This document shows positions 55,202-63,412 of a stretch of 64,000 nucleotides of DNA, one piece after another. Source of the DNA: an uncultured Clostridia bacterium (GTDB taxonomy: Bacteria; Bacillota; Clostridia; Christensenellales; UBA1242). The position numbers and the translations under genes were made by a program. The notes beneath the pieces were generated by a model. That model saw only the letters and a program-made list of their open reading frames with translations, searched no databases and was not told the origin of the DNA. The stretch spans positions 16,965 through 80,964 of the forward strand of contig CALVML010000004.1 of assembly GCA_944345705.1 (NCBI GenBank), written 5' to 3'. The stretch's first letter is position 1; each line of letters opens with the position of its first letter.

Positions 55202-57007
55202 ATGACTACTGATAGAGAAATTAAAGATTTATGGATAAAGTTTTTTAAAAATCATAATTTTACGCAAATACCAGGATATTCTATTATACCAGAGAATGAT
55301 CCAACTGTTCTTTTTACTACTGCTGGTATGCATCCACTTGTACCTTATCTATTAGGGGAGCCACATCCTTATGGTGACCGTATTTTTGATGTACAGAGAT
55401 GTATAAGGACCAATGATATTGATGAAGTTGGTGACTCTACTCATCTTACCTGTTTTGAGATGCTTGGAAATTGGACTCTTGGCAAATGTGATAAAAAGGA
55501 GATGATAAAATTAAGCTTTGAATTTTTGACTAGCAAAGATTATCTCAATCTTCCAAAGGAAAGAATTGCTGTGACAGTATTTGGTGGCGACGAGATTGCT
55601 CCAAGGGATGACGAGGCATATAATGCATGGAAAGAATGCGGTATAGAAAAGATTTACTTTAGCACTGAAAACAATTGGTGGGCTCTAGGTGGCGGAGTTG
55701 GTCCTTGTGGTCCTGATACCGAGATGTTCTATGATACAGGCAAGGAACAATGCGGAGAGAATTGCTCACCACTATGTGATTGCGGAAAATATGTTGAGTT
55801 TTGGAATGATGTATTTATGCAATATATGGTTGCTAAAGAGGGAGAAAAGGCAACAAAACTTGCTAGACCTAATATTGATACGGGTATGGGACTTGAGCGT
55901 ACTGTAATGGTATTGAATGGTCAAGAGAGTGTATATGACAGTGGATGCTTAAAGCGTGCTATCGATTTTATGGCAAGCAAAGCTAAAGATGGCTACAGCG
56001 AAAGTAATAAGAAAAATTATAGAATAATTGCTGATCATCTTCGCTCTGCAGTTTTCATTTTAGGAGATGAAAAGGCTGTTGTGCCTTCAAATGTGGGACA
56101 AGGATATATTTTGCGAAGATTTATAAGACGAGCAGTAAACTGTGCTCGCAGTATAGGTCTTGATAAGGAAAACTTTGCTCAAATTGTCGATATCTATGTA
56201 GATGAGTATGGCAAAGATTATGCAGATATCGCTTCAAAACGCGAATTTATAAAGGATGAACTTAAAAAGGAAGTTGAAAAGTTTTCTAAAGCAATAGAAG
56301 ATGGTTTTAAAGAATTTGAAAAGGTTATAAATGGCATTGAAAGACATAAACAATTCGCTAAAGAAGGCGAGATTGTTGAAAATAAATTAAGTGGTAAAGC
56401 AGTCTTTAGACTTTATGATACTTTTGGTTTTCCATTCGAACTTACGAGTGAACTTGCAAGAGAGAGAGGATACAGTGTAGACAAAGATGACTTTGATGCC
56501 AGATTTAAGGAACATCAAGAAAAATCTCGTGCATTAAGTCAAGGTCAATTTAAAGGCGGTCTTGCTGACACTTCACAAAACTCTGCATTTCTTCATACTG
56601 CCACACACTTGCTTCTTGCTGGGCTTCAAAAGATGTTTGGCAAACAGGTTGTGCAGAAGGGATCAAATATTACTCCTGAAAGACTTCGATTTGATTTTAA
56701 TTTAGATCACAAAATGACGAGTGAAGAATTAAAGGAGCTCGAAGATTTTGTTAATAACGCAATCGAGCGTAAAATTCCTGTTGTTCAAGAGATTATGACA
56801 CTTGACGAGGCAAAAAAGGCAGGAGCTCATGGTACATTTGACAACAAGTATGGTCAGGAAGTGAAAGTCTACACCATTGGCGATGTAAGCAAAGAGATTT
56901 GTGGGGGTCCGCATGCAGAAAACACAGGAGATCTCCATCACTTTAAAATTATAAAAGAAGAATCTTGCGCAAGTGGTATAAGAAGAATTAAGGCAATTTT
57001 AGATTAA
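55202..57007 (+). CDS. alaS: Alanine--tRNA ligase, compact form lacking the C-Ala domain
   Basis: 601 aa. NDPTVLFTTAGM and RCIRTNDIDEVGDSTHLTCFEMLGNW motifs. Editing-site HTATHLL and CGGPH. The protein ends right after GIRRIKAILD. Confidence 0.8.
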   Translation: MTTDREIKDLWIKFFKNHNFTQIPGYSIIPENDPTVLFTTAGMHPLVPYLLGEPHPYGDRIFDVQRCIRTNDIDEVGDSTHLTCFEMLGNWTLGKCDKKEMIKLSFEFLTSKDYLNLPKERIAVTVFGGDEIAPRDDEAYNAWKECGIEKIYFSTENNWWALGGGVGPCGPDTEMFYDTGKEQCGENCSPLCDCGKYVEFWNDVFMQYMVAKEGEKATKLARPNIDTGMGLERTVMVLNGQESVYDSGCLKRAIDFMASKAKDGYSESNKKNYRIIADHLRSAVFILGDEKAVVPSNVGQGYILRRFIRRAVNCARSIGLDKENFAQIVDIYVDEYGKDYADIASKREFIKDELKKEVEKFSKAIEDGFKEFEKVINGIERHKQFAKEGEIVENKLSGKAVFRLYDTFGFPFELTSELARERGYSVDKDDFDARFKEHQEKSRALSQGQFKGGLADTSQNSAFLHTATHLLLAGLQKMFGKQVVQKGSNITPERLRFDFNLDHKMTSEELKELEDFVNNAIERKIPVVQEIMTLDEAKKAGAHGTFDNKYGQEVKVYTIGDVSKEICGGPHAENTGDLHHFKIIKEESCASGIRRIKAILD

Positions 57008-57097
57008 ATAATGCTTAAATTTTATCATTTGTAAAAATATGTAAAACTATTGAATTTATATTAAAAAAATGCTATAATCATATTAAAGGGGGATTTA

Positions 57098-58546
57098 ATG
57101 GCACAAGGCGGAAATGTAAGAAAGGGATTTACCATATATCTACTTATATTGTTTTTTATAATCCTAGCTGCACTTTTAGGATGTATTGTAGCAATGTTGT
57201 TTTCTCCTTTTACAAATATTTTAGGTTTACAATATTATGTTTATAACTATAGCGACATCTTTAAAGAAACGGATGCAGGACAAGCCTACAACCTAGATAA
57301 CATCTCAGTTATCAATGTGGATACAAATTCGGCAAATGTTACTTTGCAACGAAGATATGATGTTGATCAACTTTATATCGAATTTACAGCTACCTCAAAA
57401 GGTTTTGCTAAGGCAGATCAAAATACAGACTTCAATCACTATATTGAATATGACGAAACAGCAAAAGCCTTAAACATATCGGTGCATGAGCCTGAAGGTT
57501 TCATTAGATTTGAAAATAATGTTAATATAAATCTACTTTTACCAATGGTTGATGCTAGCGAAGATTTTGACAATATAGATCTATATATCAATACAAACAC
57601 AGGAAATATTTATATTGGCAACAATGCAACCGATGATTTAAATCCAAATCTCAAATATGATACTAAAATCAAAAATCTTTATATTACAATGAATGATGGC
57701 AGTTTGAGATTTGCTGAAAATAGTACAAACGAGTTTGAAAATTTAAGAATTAATATCGGTGATGGCAGAGTGACTAGTGATAAAGACATTTCTTTTTCAA
57801 ATTCACTCAGCATTAATTCAAACAGCGCTAGATTTGATTTGGCTAACTTGGCCTATACTTCTACTATGAACCACAATATGCATATAAATCTCAATCTAGA
57901 CGATGCTATTTTCTATGCAGATAGTATTATTGGTAATTTAAACTTGAATATGCGTGGCGGTCATTTTATTGTAGATGGTGTGGAAGGCTCTATCAATTCA
58001 AACAGCGCAATTACTCAAATGAGCAATGGTAGAATAACAATAGGCAATGTTGCAGGAAACATTTCACTTCCTTATGCAAACAATTCCGATATTACAATTG
58101 ATTCTATGACTGAAGGTAGTCAGGCATATATTCACGCAACCGGCGGAAATATAACGATCAATTCACTGAAAGGCATGGCTTGGCTTGAAACTACTTCTGG
58201 TAAAGTGGATGTAACAACTTACAGCGATGGACTTGAAATCATCACTACGACTGGTGCAATTAATTTGGTCTATGATGTGGACACTGTCAGTGATGTTGTT
58301 TTAAAATCAAACAGCGGAAGGATCAATGCTTTTGTTAGATCTAATCTTTCATGTGTTATGAAATTCCACGATAAAGATGGCATTTATTATGATGACGACA
58401 ATGGACCAAGCACTGTTAATCTGATTTTGCATGACATAGGTTTCCAAAATCCAGCAATTATAAACAATGGATTAGATGCAAATTCAATGCTATTTTACTC
58501 GAATGGAAGAATCACAGTTGATTTAATTGAAACAACAACGTTATAA
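57098..58546 (+). CDS. Membrane-anchored beta-helix repeat protein (DUF4097-like, tentative)
   Basis: 482 aa. N-terminal TM IYLLILFFIILAALLGCIVAMLF. Repeated short G-x-I-x-(I/V) strand units (TGNIYIGN, GGNITINS, SGKVDVTT, TGAINLVY, SGRINAFV). Confidence 0.45.
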   Translation: MAQGGNVRKGFTIYLLILFFIILAALLGCIVAMLFSPFTNILGLQYYVYNYSDIFKETDAGQAYNLDNISVINVDTNSANVTLQRRYDVDQLYIEFTATSKGFAKADQNTDFNHYIEYDETAKALNISVHEPEGFIRFENNVNINLLLPMVDASEDFDNIDLYINTNTGNIYIGNNATDDLNPNLKYDTKIKNLYITMNDGSLRFAENSTNEFENLRINIGDGRVTSDKDISFSNSLSINSNSARFDLANLAYTSTMNHNMHINLNLDDAIFYADSIIGNLNLNMRGGHFIVDGVEGSINSNSAITQMSNGRITIGNVAGNISLPYANNSDITIDSMTEGSQAYIHATGGNITINSLKGMAWLETTSGKVDVTTYSDGLEIITTTGAINLVYDVDTVSDVVLKSNSGRINAFVRSNLSCVMKFHDKDGIYYDDDNGPSTVNLILHDIGFQNPAIINNGLDANSMLFYSNGRITVDLIETTTL

Positions 58547-58569
58547 AATAAAAATTTCAAAAACTCAAG

Positions 58570-58600
58570 AGATAGTTTAATTTTAGACTATCTTTTTTTG
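58570..58600 (+). terminator. Intrinsic terminator
   Basis: agatagt (58570-58576) / actatct (58587-58593) followed by a T-run. Confidence 0.5.
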
Positions 58601-58756
58601 TTGTTTACTGGTAAGTGATTTTTCGTGCTCAACTGATATTTGGTTGAATAGATTTTATCCTTGCACAAGTTTAAAAAGACAAATATATAATTCAATATAA
58701 TTTAATAACTTGCTTGCAAAAGAAAAATTTGTTATAATCAAATAAAGGAATAAAAC

Positions 58757-59800
58757 ATGAAAATTTTACATTGTGCAGATTTGCATCTAGGGGTTAAAAA
58801 CTCCAAGTTACCAATTGACAAGATGCAAATTTTAGAAAATGAGCAAATTGTGGCTACTCACAATCTATTTGATAAGGCGATAGATGATGGTTATGACATT
58901 GTGATAATAGTTGGCGATCTTTTTCATAAAAAAAGCGTGCCAAATAAGATTGTCAATTCCTTTTTTGATGCGGTAGAAAGGTTTAATAGACCTGTTTTAT
59001 ATACTTATGGCAATCATGATGAAAAGTTCGAGTTTAAAAATCTGCCATCAAACTTTATAATTTTAAATAAAGATTTATCCTATTATAAGTTGATTGATTG
59101 TACGTTCTATCATAATCAAATTGATTTAGATATGTTAGAAAATGTCTATGATGCTAAGGACAATAATATTCTTTTAGCACATGGTAATTTGATAAACAGT
59201 CGTGACAATGATTATATAAATTTAACTGAAATTTTAAATAAAAAACACTTTGACTATATTGCATTAGGACATAGTCACTCTTTTGAAAAATTTGAATATC
59301 TAAACAATCTTGCCGTCTATAGTGGAAGTTTATTCTCAAATGGCATTGACGAGATAGGTGACAAAGGTTATGTTTGCGTCAAAATCGAAAATAAAAATAT
59401 CCAGTTGGAATTTTGTCCGTTTGCTAAACGAAGATATATGAAAGTACAGGTCGACATTACCGATATAGACGACTTTAGCAAGTTATTCAATAAAATTATA
59501 TCCTGTATGAGTGATATCTCAAAGAATGATTTAGTAAGAATAGAACTTGTAGGCTATTTTAATCAGGATAGCGAAAAATATCTATCGCTTTTAAAAGAAA
59601 AACTAGATGACTATTTTTATGTTGAGATTATCGACAAATCTAAAATAAAGATAGATTTAGACAGTATAAAAAATGAAGAACTTTCTTTTAAAGCCGAATT
59701 TTTAAAACTTGTAAATGAAAGTGAACAAGATGAAATGATAAAAACAAAGATATGCATGCTTGGAATTGAAGCATTAAAAGGGGACAATTTATCTTTATGA
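58757..59800 (+). CDS. SbcD/Mre11-type metallophosphoesterase (DNA repair exonuclease family)
   Basis: 347 aa. HCADLHLG, VGDLFH, GNHD, LAHGN, GHSHS. Confidence 0.75.
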   Translation: MKILHCADLHLGVKNSKLPIDKMQILENEQIVATHNLFDKAIDDGYDIVIIVGDLFHKKSVPNKIVNSFFDAVERFNRPVLYTYGNHDEKFEFKNLPSNFIILNKDLSYYKLIDCTFYHNQIDLDMLENVYDAKDNNILLAHGNLINSRDNDYINLTEILNKKHFDYIALGHSHSFEKFEYLNNLAVYSGSLFSNGIDEIGDKGYVCVKIENKNIQLEFCPFAKRRYMKVQVDITDIDDFSKLFNKIISCMSDISKNDLVRIELVGYFNQDSEKYLSLLKEKLDDYFYVEIIDKSKIKIDLDSIKNEELSFKAEFLKLVNESEQDEMIKTKICMLGIEALKGDNLSL

Positions 59801-61503
59801 AACTTTTAAAATTGCATATAGAAAACTTTGGCAAATTGTCAAATCAAGACATTGATTTCGTCGATGGAATCAATCAAATTTATAAAGAAAATGGTTGGGG
59901 TAAAAGCACCTTAACTTTCTTTATAAAGGCAATGTTCTATGGAATGAGTGCAAAGACTCGCGGAGAAGACTATAAAAGTGAAAGGACTCGCTTTATGCCA
60001 TGGCAAGGCGGAATATATGGTGGATACATAATATATCAAATTGATGGGAAGGAATATAAAGTTACTCGAACTTTTGCTAAAACTCCAGAAGGGGATACCT
60101 TTGAACTTTTAGACAAATCGACAAATTTAATAGAAAAAAATGAAATAAAACCGCTCGGCGAACAGATTTTTGGTGTAGGGGTAGAAACATTTACTATGAC
60201 GGTGTTTTTCAGTCAACTAGATTTTAAAAGTTCTTTGAATGACAGCATATCATCTTCTCTTGTAGGGCTTGATAAATATCAAAATGACTTAGATAAAGTC
60301 GATAAGGCAATAAAAATATTGAAAGAAAACAAAAGTGGATTAAAAAGATTGATTGTAGGGAAAAGCGATCTCGAAAGATTAAAACTTTCATTTAATGAAA
60401 ATAATTCAAAACTCATTAAACTAAATGATGAAAAGCAAGGACAGTTAGAAAAAGAGCAAGATTTAATCAAGGAACTAGAAAATTATAAAAGTAGATTTGA
60501 TTTTGAAAAAGAAAAGATATCCTATCAAGAATTAAAATTTCAAGAAAAGGTAGAACTCGAAAGTCAAGTTAATCAATTGAATAATCAATTAAATCAATTG
60601 AAAAATCAAAAATCATCTCAAAGAAATGATAAAAAAGATAATTCAAAACTTTTGCTTTTAGGTCTATTTATTTCACTTGCAATTGCTATTTGTTTTTTAG
60701 TTATTGGCATTTTAAATGTTGTTAGTATCGTTGTCGGCATTGCCATATCTTTGGCGATGTTTATTGCAAGCGGAATATTTCTATATTTTTCACTTAGAAA
60801 GCGAAATAGAAAGCAAAATAATAGTGACGACTTTAGTAATGAGATTGTCAATCTTGAGCATAAACTGATAGATAAACAATCTTCACTTGCGAAATTACAG
60901 GATGCAATTTATCCAGATAGATGCGAACTTGATAATTTAAGTGATAAAATAAAAGCCTATGAAATGCAAATTTTGCAAATAAGGCATAATAAAGAAAACA
61001 TTGAAAATTTAATAGGTCGCTATATTGAAGAAAACGATGTCCTTGAAAATAAAATCAATCAAACAACTTCTGTAAACCGTGAAAATGAAGAAAAGATAGA
61101 TCTTATTGATAGGACAATTGGATATCTTACTAAAGCTCGAGAAAATGTTTCTTCGAGATTTGTAGGCGATATAAATAACGATTTTGCCAGTTTACTTGAT
61201 AATTTCAATATTGATAAAGATAGGTTTGTAGTTGACAGCAAGTGGAATGTTCTTGAAAACTCTATAGTTGGGATGAAAAGTTTTGAGTTTTCATCGCAAG
61301 GGTATAAAGATATAATTTCTCTTTGTCAAAGATTGATATTGATTGGGAAAATTTTCAAAGGGGAAAGACCATTTATTATTCTCGACGACATATTTGTAAA
61401 TCTTGATGATAAAATGTTGAAGCTTGCAAAAGACCTTATAAAGTCAATTTCACAACAGTATCAAATAGTATATATTTGTTGTAACGAACGCTCTAAAATA
61501 TAA
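59797..61503 (+). CDS. SbcC/Rad50-like (YhaN-like) ATPase with a transmembrane hairpin in place of the coiled-coil apex
   Basis: 568 aa. ATGA overlap with the upstream gene. Walker A ENGWGKSTL, heptad-rich arms, two hydrophobic helices (nt ~60646-60796), Walker B PFIILDDIFVNLDD. Confidence 0.7.
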   Translation: MKLLKLHIENFGKLSNQDIDFVDGINQIYKENGWGKSTLTFFIKAMFYGMSAKTRGEDYKSERTRFMPWQGGIYGGYIIYQIDGKEYKVTRTFAKTPEGDTFELLDKSTNLIEKNEIKPLGEQIFGVGVETFTMTVFFSQLDFKSSLNDSISSSLVGLDKYQNDLDKVDKAIKILKENKSGLKRLIVGKSDLERLKLSFNENNSKLIKLNDEKQGQLEKEQDLIKELENYKSRFDFEKEKISYQELKFQEKVELESQVNQLNNQLNQLKNQKSSQRNDKKDNSKLLLLGLFISLAIAICFLVIGILNVVSIVVGIAISLAMFIASGIFLYFSLRKRNRKQNNSDDFSNEIVNLEHKLIDKQSSLAKLQDAIYPDRCELDNLSDKIKAYEMQILQIRHNKENIENLIGRYIEENDVLENKINQTTSVNRENEEKIDLIDRTIGYLTKARENVSSRFVGDINNDFASLLDNFNIDKDRFVVDSKWNVLENSIVGMKSFEFSSQGYKDIISLCQRLILIGKIFKGERPFIILDDIFVNLDDKMLKLAKDLIKSISQQYQIVYICCNERSKI

Positions 61504-61510
61504 ATAAAAG

Positions 61511-61545
61511 GGCAGATATTTAATATAAAATATTTGCCTTTTTTA
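61511..61545 (+). terminator. Intrinsic terminator
   Basis: ggcagatattt (61511-61521) / aaatatttgcc (61528-61538) followed by TTTTTT. Confidence 0.6.
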
Positions 61546-61648
61546 TATTGTTTTATATTTAGCTTAAATTTTTATTGTGAAAGGTGTTAATTAGTTATAA
61601 ATCAAAAATAAATTTTCGAGATTATTTTTAAAAAGTATATAAAAACAC

Positions 61649-61677
61649 TTGATTTTTTAAATCAAATTTGCTATATT
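61649..61677 (+). promoter_or_regulatory. Promoter of the tRNA-Gly/tRNA-Cys operon
   Basis: TTGATT (61649-61654), 17-nt spacer, TATATT (61672-61677). The upstream 19 nt aaaaacacttgatttttta are identical to 62075-62093. Confidence 0.55.
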
Positions 61678-61721
61678 AATAGAGCAAACCTTAGCTTACT
61701 GCATATAAATATATATAACTT

Positions 61722-61796
61722 GCGGGAGTGGCTCAGTGGTAGAGCGTTGCCTTGCCAAGGCAAATGTCGCGGGTTCGAATCCCGTCTTCCGCTCCA
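61722..61796 (+). tRNA. tRNA-Gly (anticodon GCC), CCA encoded
   Basis: GCGGGAG acceptor. Anticodon stem TTGCC/GGCAA with loop TTGCCAA. T-loop GGTTCGAATCC. Ends ...CTTCCGCTCCA. Confidence 0.9.
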
Positions 61797-61801
61797 AATT
61801 T

Positions 61802-61876
61802 GGTACCATCGCCAAGTGGTAAGGCCAAGGTCTGCAAAACCTTTATTCCCCGGTTCAAATCCGGGTGGTACCTCCA
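61802..61876 (+). tRNA. tRNA-Cys (anticodon GCA), CCA encoded
   Basis: GGTACCA acceptor pairs with TGGTACC. Anticodon stem AAGGT/ACCTT with loop CTGCAAA. T-loop GGTTCAAATCC. Confidence 0.9.
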
Positions 61877-61889
61877 ATGAAGAAAAAAC

Positions 61890-61916
61890 AGCGGGCTTTT
61901 CGTCCGCTTTTGTTTT
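61890..61916 (+). terminator. Intrinsic terminator after tRNA-Cys
   Basis: agcgggc (61890-61896) / gtccgct (61902-61908) followed by ttttgtttt. Confidence 0.6.
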
Positions 61917-62082
61917 ATCTAAAGTAATATAATACCAAAGTTTTTTTAATATCAAATAATTTATTTGCTTATAAAATTATCCAATTTACTTTTAAAAACT
62001 GATTAATTAAATATTTTATAAAGAGATTTCAAAATTGAATTTTATCTTAAAGAAATTGAAAATAGAAAGTTTTTAAAAACAC

Positions 62083-62111
62083 TTGATTTTTTATATTAAA
62101 AATGATATATT
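62083..62111 (+). promoter_or_regulatory. Promoter of tRNA-Leu
   Basis: TTGATT (62083-62088), 17-nt spacer, TATATT (62106-62111). Confidence 0.55.
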
Positions 62112-62133
62112 GAAATATGTAAAATTTAAATAT

Positions 62134-62219
62134 GCTGGTGTGGCGAAATGGCAGACGCAAGGGACTCAAAATCCCTCGAAGGCAACTTCATGTGGGTTCG
62201 ACTCCCACCACCAGCACCA
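62134..62219 (+). tRNA. tRNA-Leu (anticodon CAA), long variable arm, CCA encoded
   Basis: GCTGGTG acceptor pairs with CACCAGC. Anticodon stem AGGGA/TCCCT with loop CTCAAAA. Variable arm present. T-arm GTGGGTTCGACTCCCAC. Confidence 0.9.
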
Positions 62220-62277
62220 GCAAACTTAGTTTGCATCACTATATAATAAAATTTGAATAATATTAAAATAAGAAAAG

Positions 62278-62295
62278 GGGAGTCGAACCCACATG
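62278..62295 (-). repeat. Inverted 18-nt copy of the tRNA-Leu T-arm
   Basis: gggagtcgaacccacatg is the exact reverse complement of catgtgggttcgactccc in tRNA-Leu (62189-62206). The arms are 71 nt apart. Confidence 0.9.
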
Positions 62296-62331
62296 GGAAA
62301 GGTTTGCACCATCAGTAACAAAGAAAAAACT

Positions 62332-62388
62332 GCGCTTCTGCCTAGGTAATGCTTTCCGCGTGCCGTATAGGCGGGGCGCTTGTTTTTT
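62332..62388 (+). terminator. GC-rich intrinsic terminator
   Basis: A 10-bp stem with one bulge and a T-run. It stands out in an AT-rich intergenic region. Confidence 0.55.
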
Positions 62389-62408
62389 CACACTAATTTC
62401 ATATAGTA

Positions 62409-62465
62409 CATTTAGTGCGACATTGTTTTTAACAATTACATTGAGGCTACGCCAAACAGTTCGGA
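62409..62465 (-). repeat. 57-nt conserved block, copy 2; inverted partner of 43428-43484
   Basis: The reverse complement tccgaactgtttggcgtagcctcaatgtaattgttaaaaacaatgtcgcactaaatg aligns 44/57 with copy 1. Confidence 0.7.
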
Positions 62466-62625
62466 TTTGTTATTTTTCATAGTTAAACGTAACTAGCGAT
62501 TTACTTTAAGTGTCGCATATTGTTTGGAAAATTCTAGTAAATATCTATCTATAACGAAAATTTAATAAAAAAACAATACAAAGTAAGTTTTTTATGATAT
62601 AATTAAACTATTAAGGAGTTTTAAA

Positions 62626-63210
62626 ATGAAAAATATAGTTATTGTGCATGGAATTGGTGGAATTGAAAGAGAAATGTATTTTTCACATTTAAAATCTTTT
62701 TGTGAAAGTTTAGGACTTAAGGTTTTTATGCCTTCGCTTGGAAGTTATAGAGATGGCACAACCTATGACAAGTGGAAAAAATATTTTGATGAAAATATTG
62801 CAAGTGTTATAAATCATGATACTATTTTCGTTGGACAATCTGTTGGAACAAATTTTGCAATAAAATATTTAGTTGAAAGAAATTTAAATCCAGCCGTATA
62901 TATCTCTATGGCTGGACCGTTTGATATTCTGCAATTTAGAAAAGATGCTCCAGATAAAGTACATTCCTTTGCTCCATGCGCAAAATTATTTAAGCCATCA
63001 AAACAAGAATTTGAAAGTTTTAAATCAAAACCATTTCTAAAATATTCATTTTATTGTGACAATGACATATTCTTTGAACAAAGCAATTTGGAAAGTTATT
63101 CAAAGGCAATAGGTTCAAAGGCAATTTTAGTAAAAGGCAAAATGCATTTTAATGTTGAAGTAGTTTCCGAACTTGAAACCTTAATAGAAAAGCTTGTAAA
63201 GAATTCTTAA
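62626..63210 (+). CDS. YdeN/RBBP9-type alpha/beta serine hydrolase, second copy
   Basis: 194 aa. IVIVHGIGG start and nucleophile elbow VGQSVGT. AGGAG RBS. Confidence 0.6.
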   Translation: MKNIVIVHGIGGIEREMYFSHLKSFCESLGLKVFMPSLGSYRDGTTYDKWKKYFDENIASVINHDTIFVGQSVGTNFAIKYLVERNLNPAVYISMAGPFDILQFRKDAPDKVHSFAPCAKLFKPSKQEFESFKSKPFLKYSFYCDNDIFFEQSNLESYSKAIGSKAILVKGKMHFNVEVVSELETLIEKLVKNS

Positions 63211-63412
63211 TACGATTGAATAAATAGAGAAGATTAGTAGCGAATTTATAATTATATCTTCAAATTTATAAATAATGGTAAGTTTGTTGAAACCACTGTG
63301 GAATTAGTACAAGTATTATAACTATTGTGAAGTTAAAGACTAAAGTAAATTCCTTTTTTAGACTTGAAAAACTCAAGTATTATGTTATAATATATTGTAA
63401 GAAGGTCTATTG

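Larger units (their letters stand above)
62278..62388 (+). ncRNA. Candidate tRNA-Leu 3' trailer or small RNA beginning with an anti-T-arm segment and ending at a GC-rich terminator; strand uncertain
   Basis: No ORF. The helix gcgcttctgcc (62332-62342) / ggcggggcgc (62370-62379) has two G-U pairs on plus (C-A on minus). It is followed by ttgtttttt. Confidence 0.3.
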
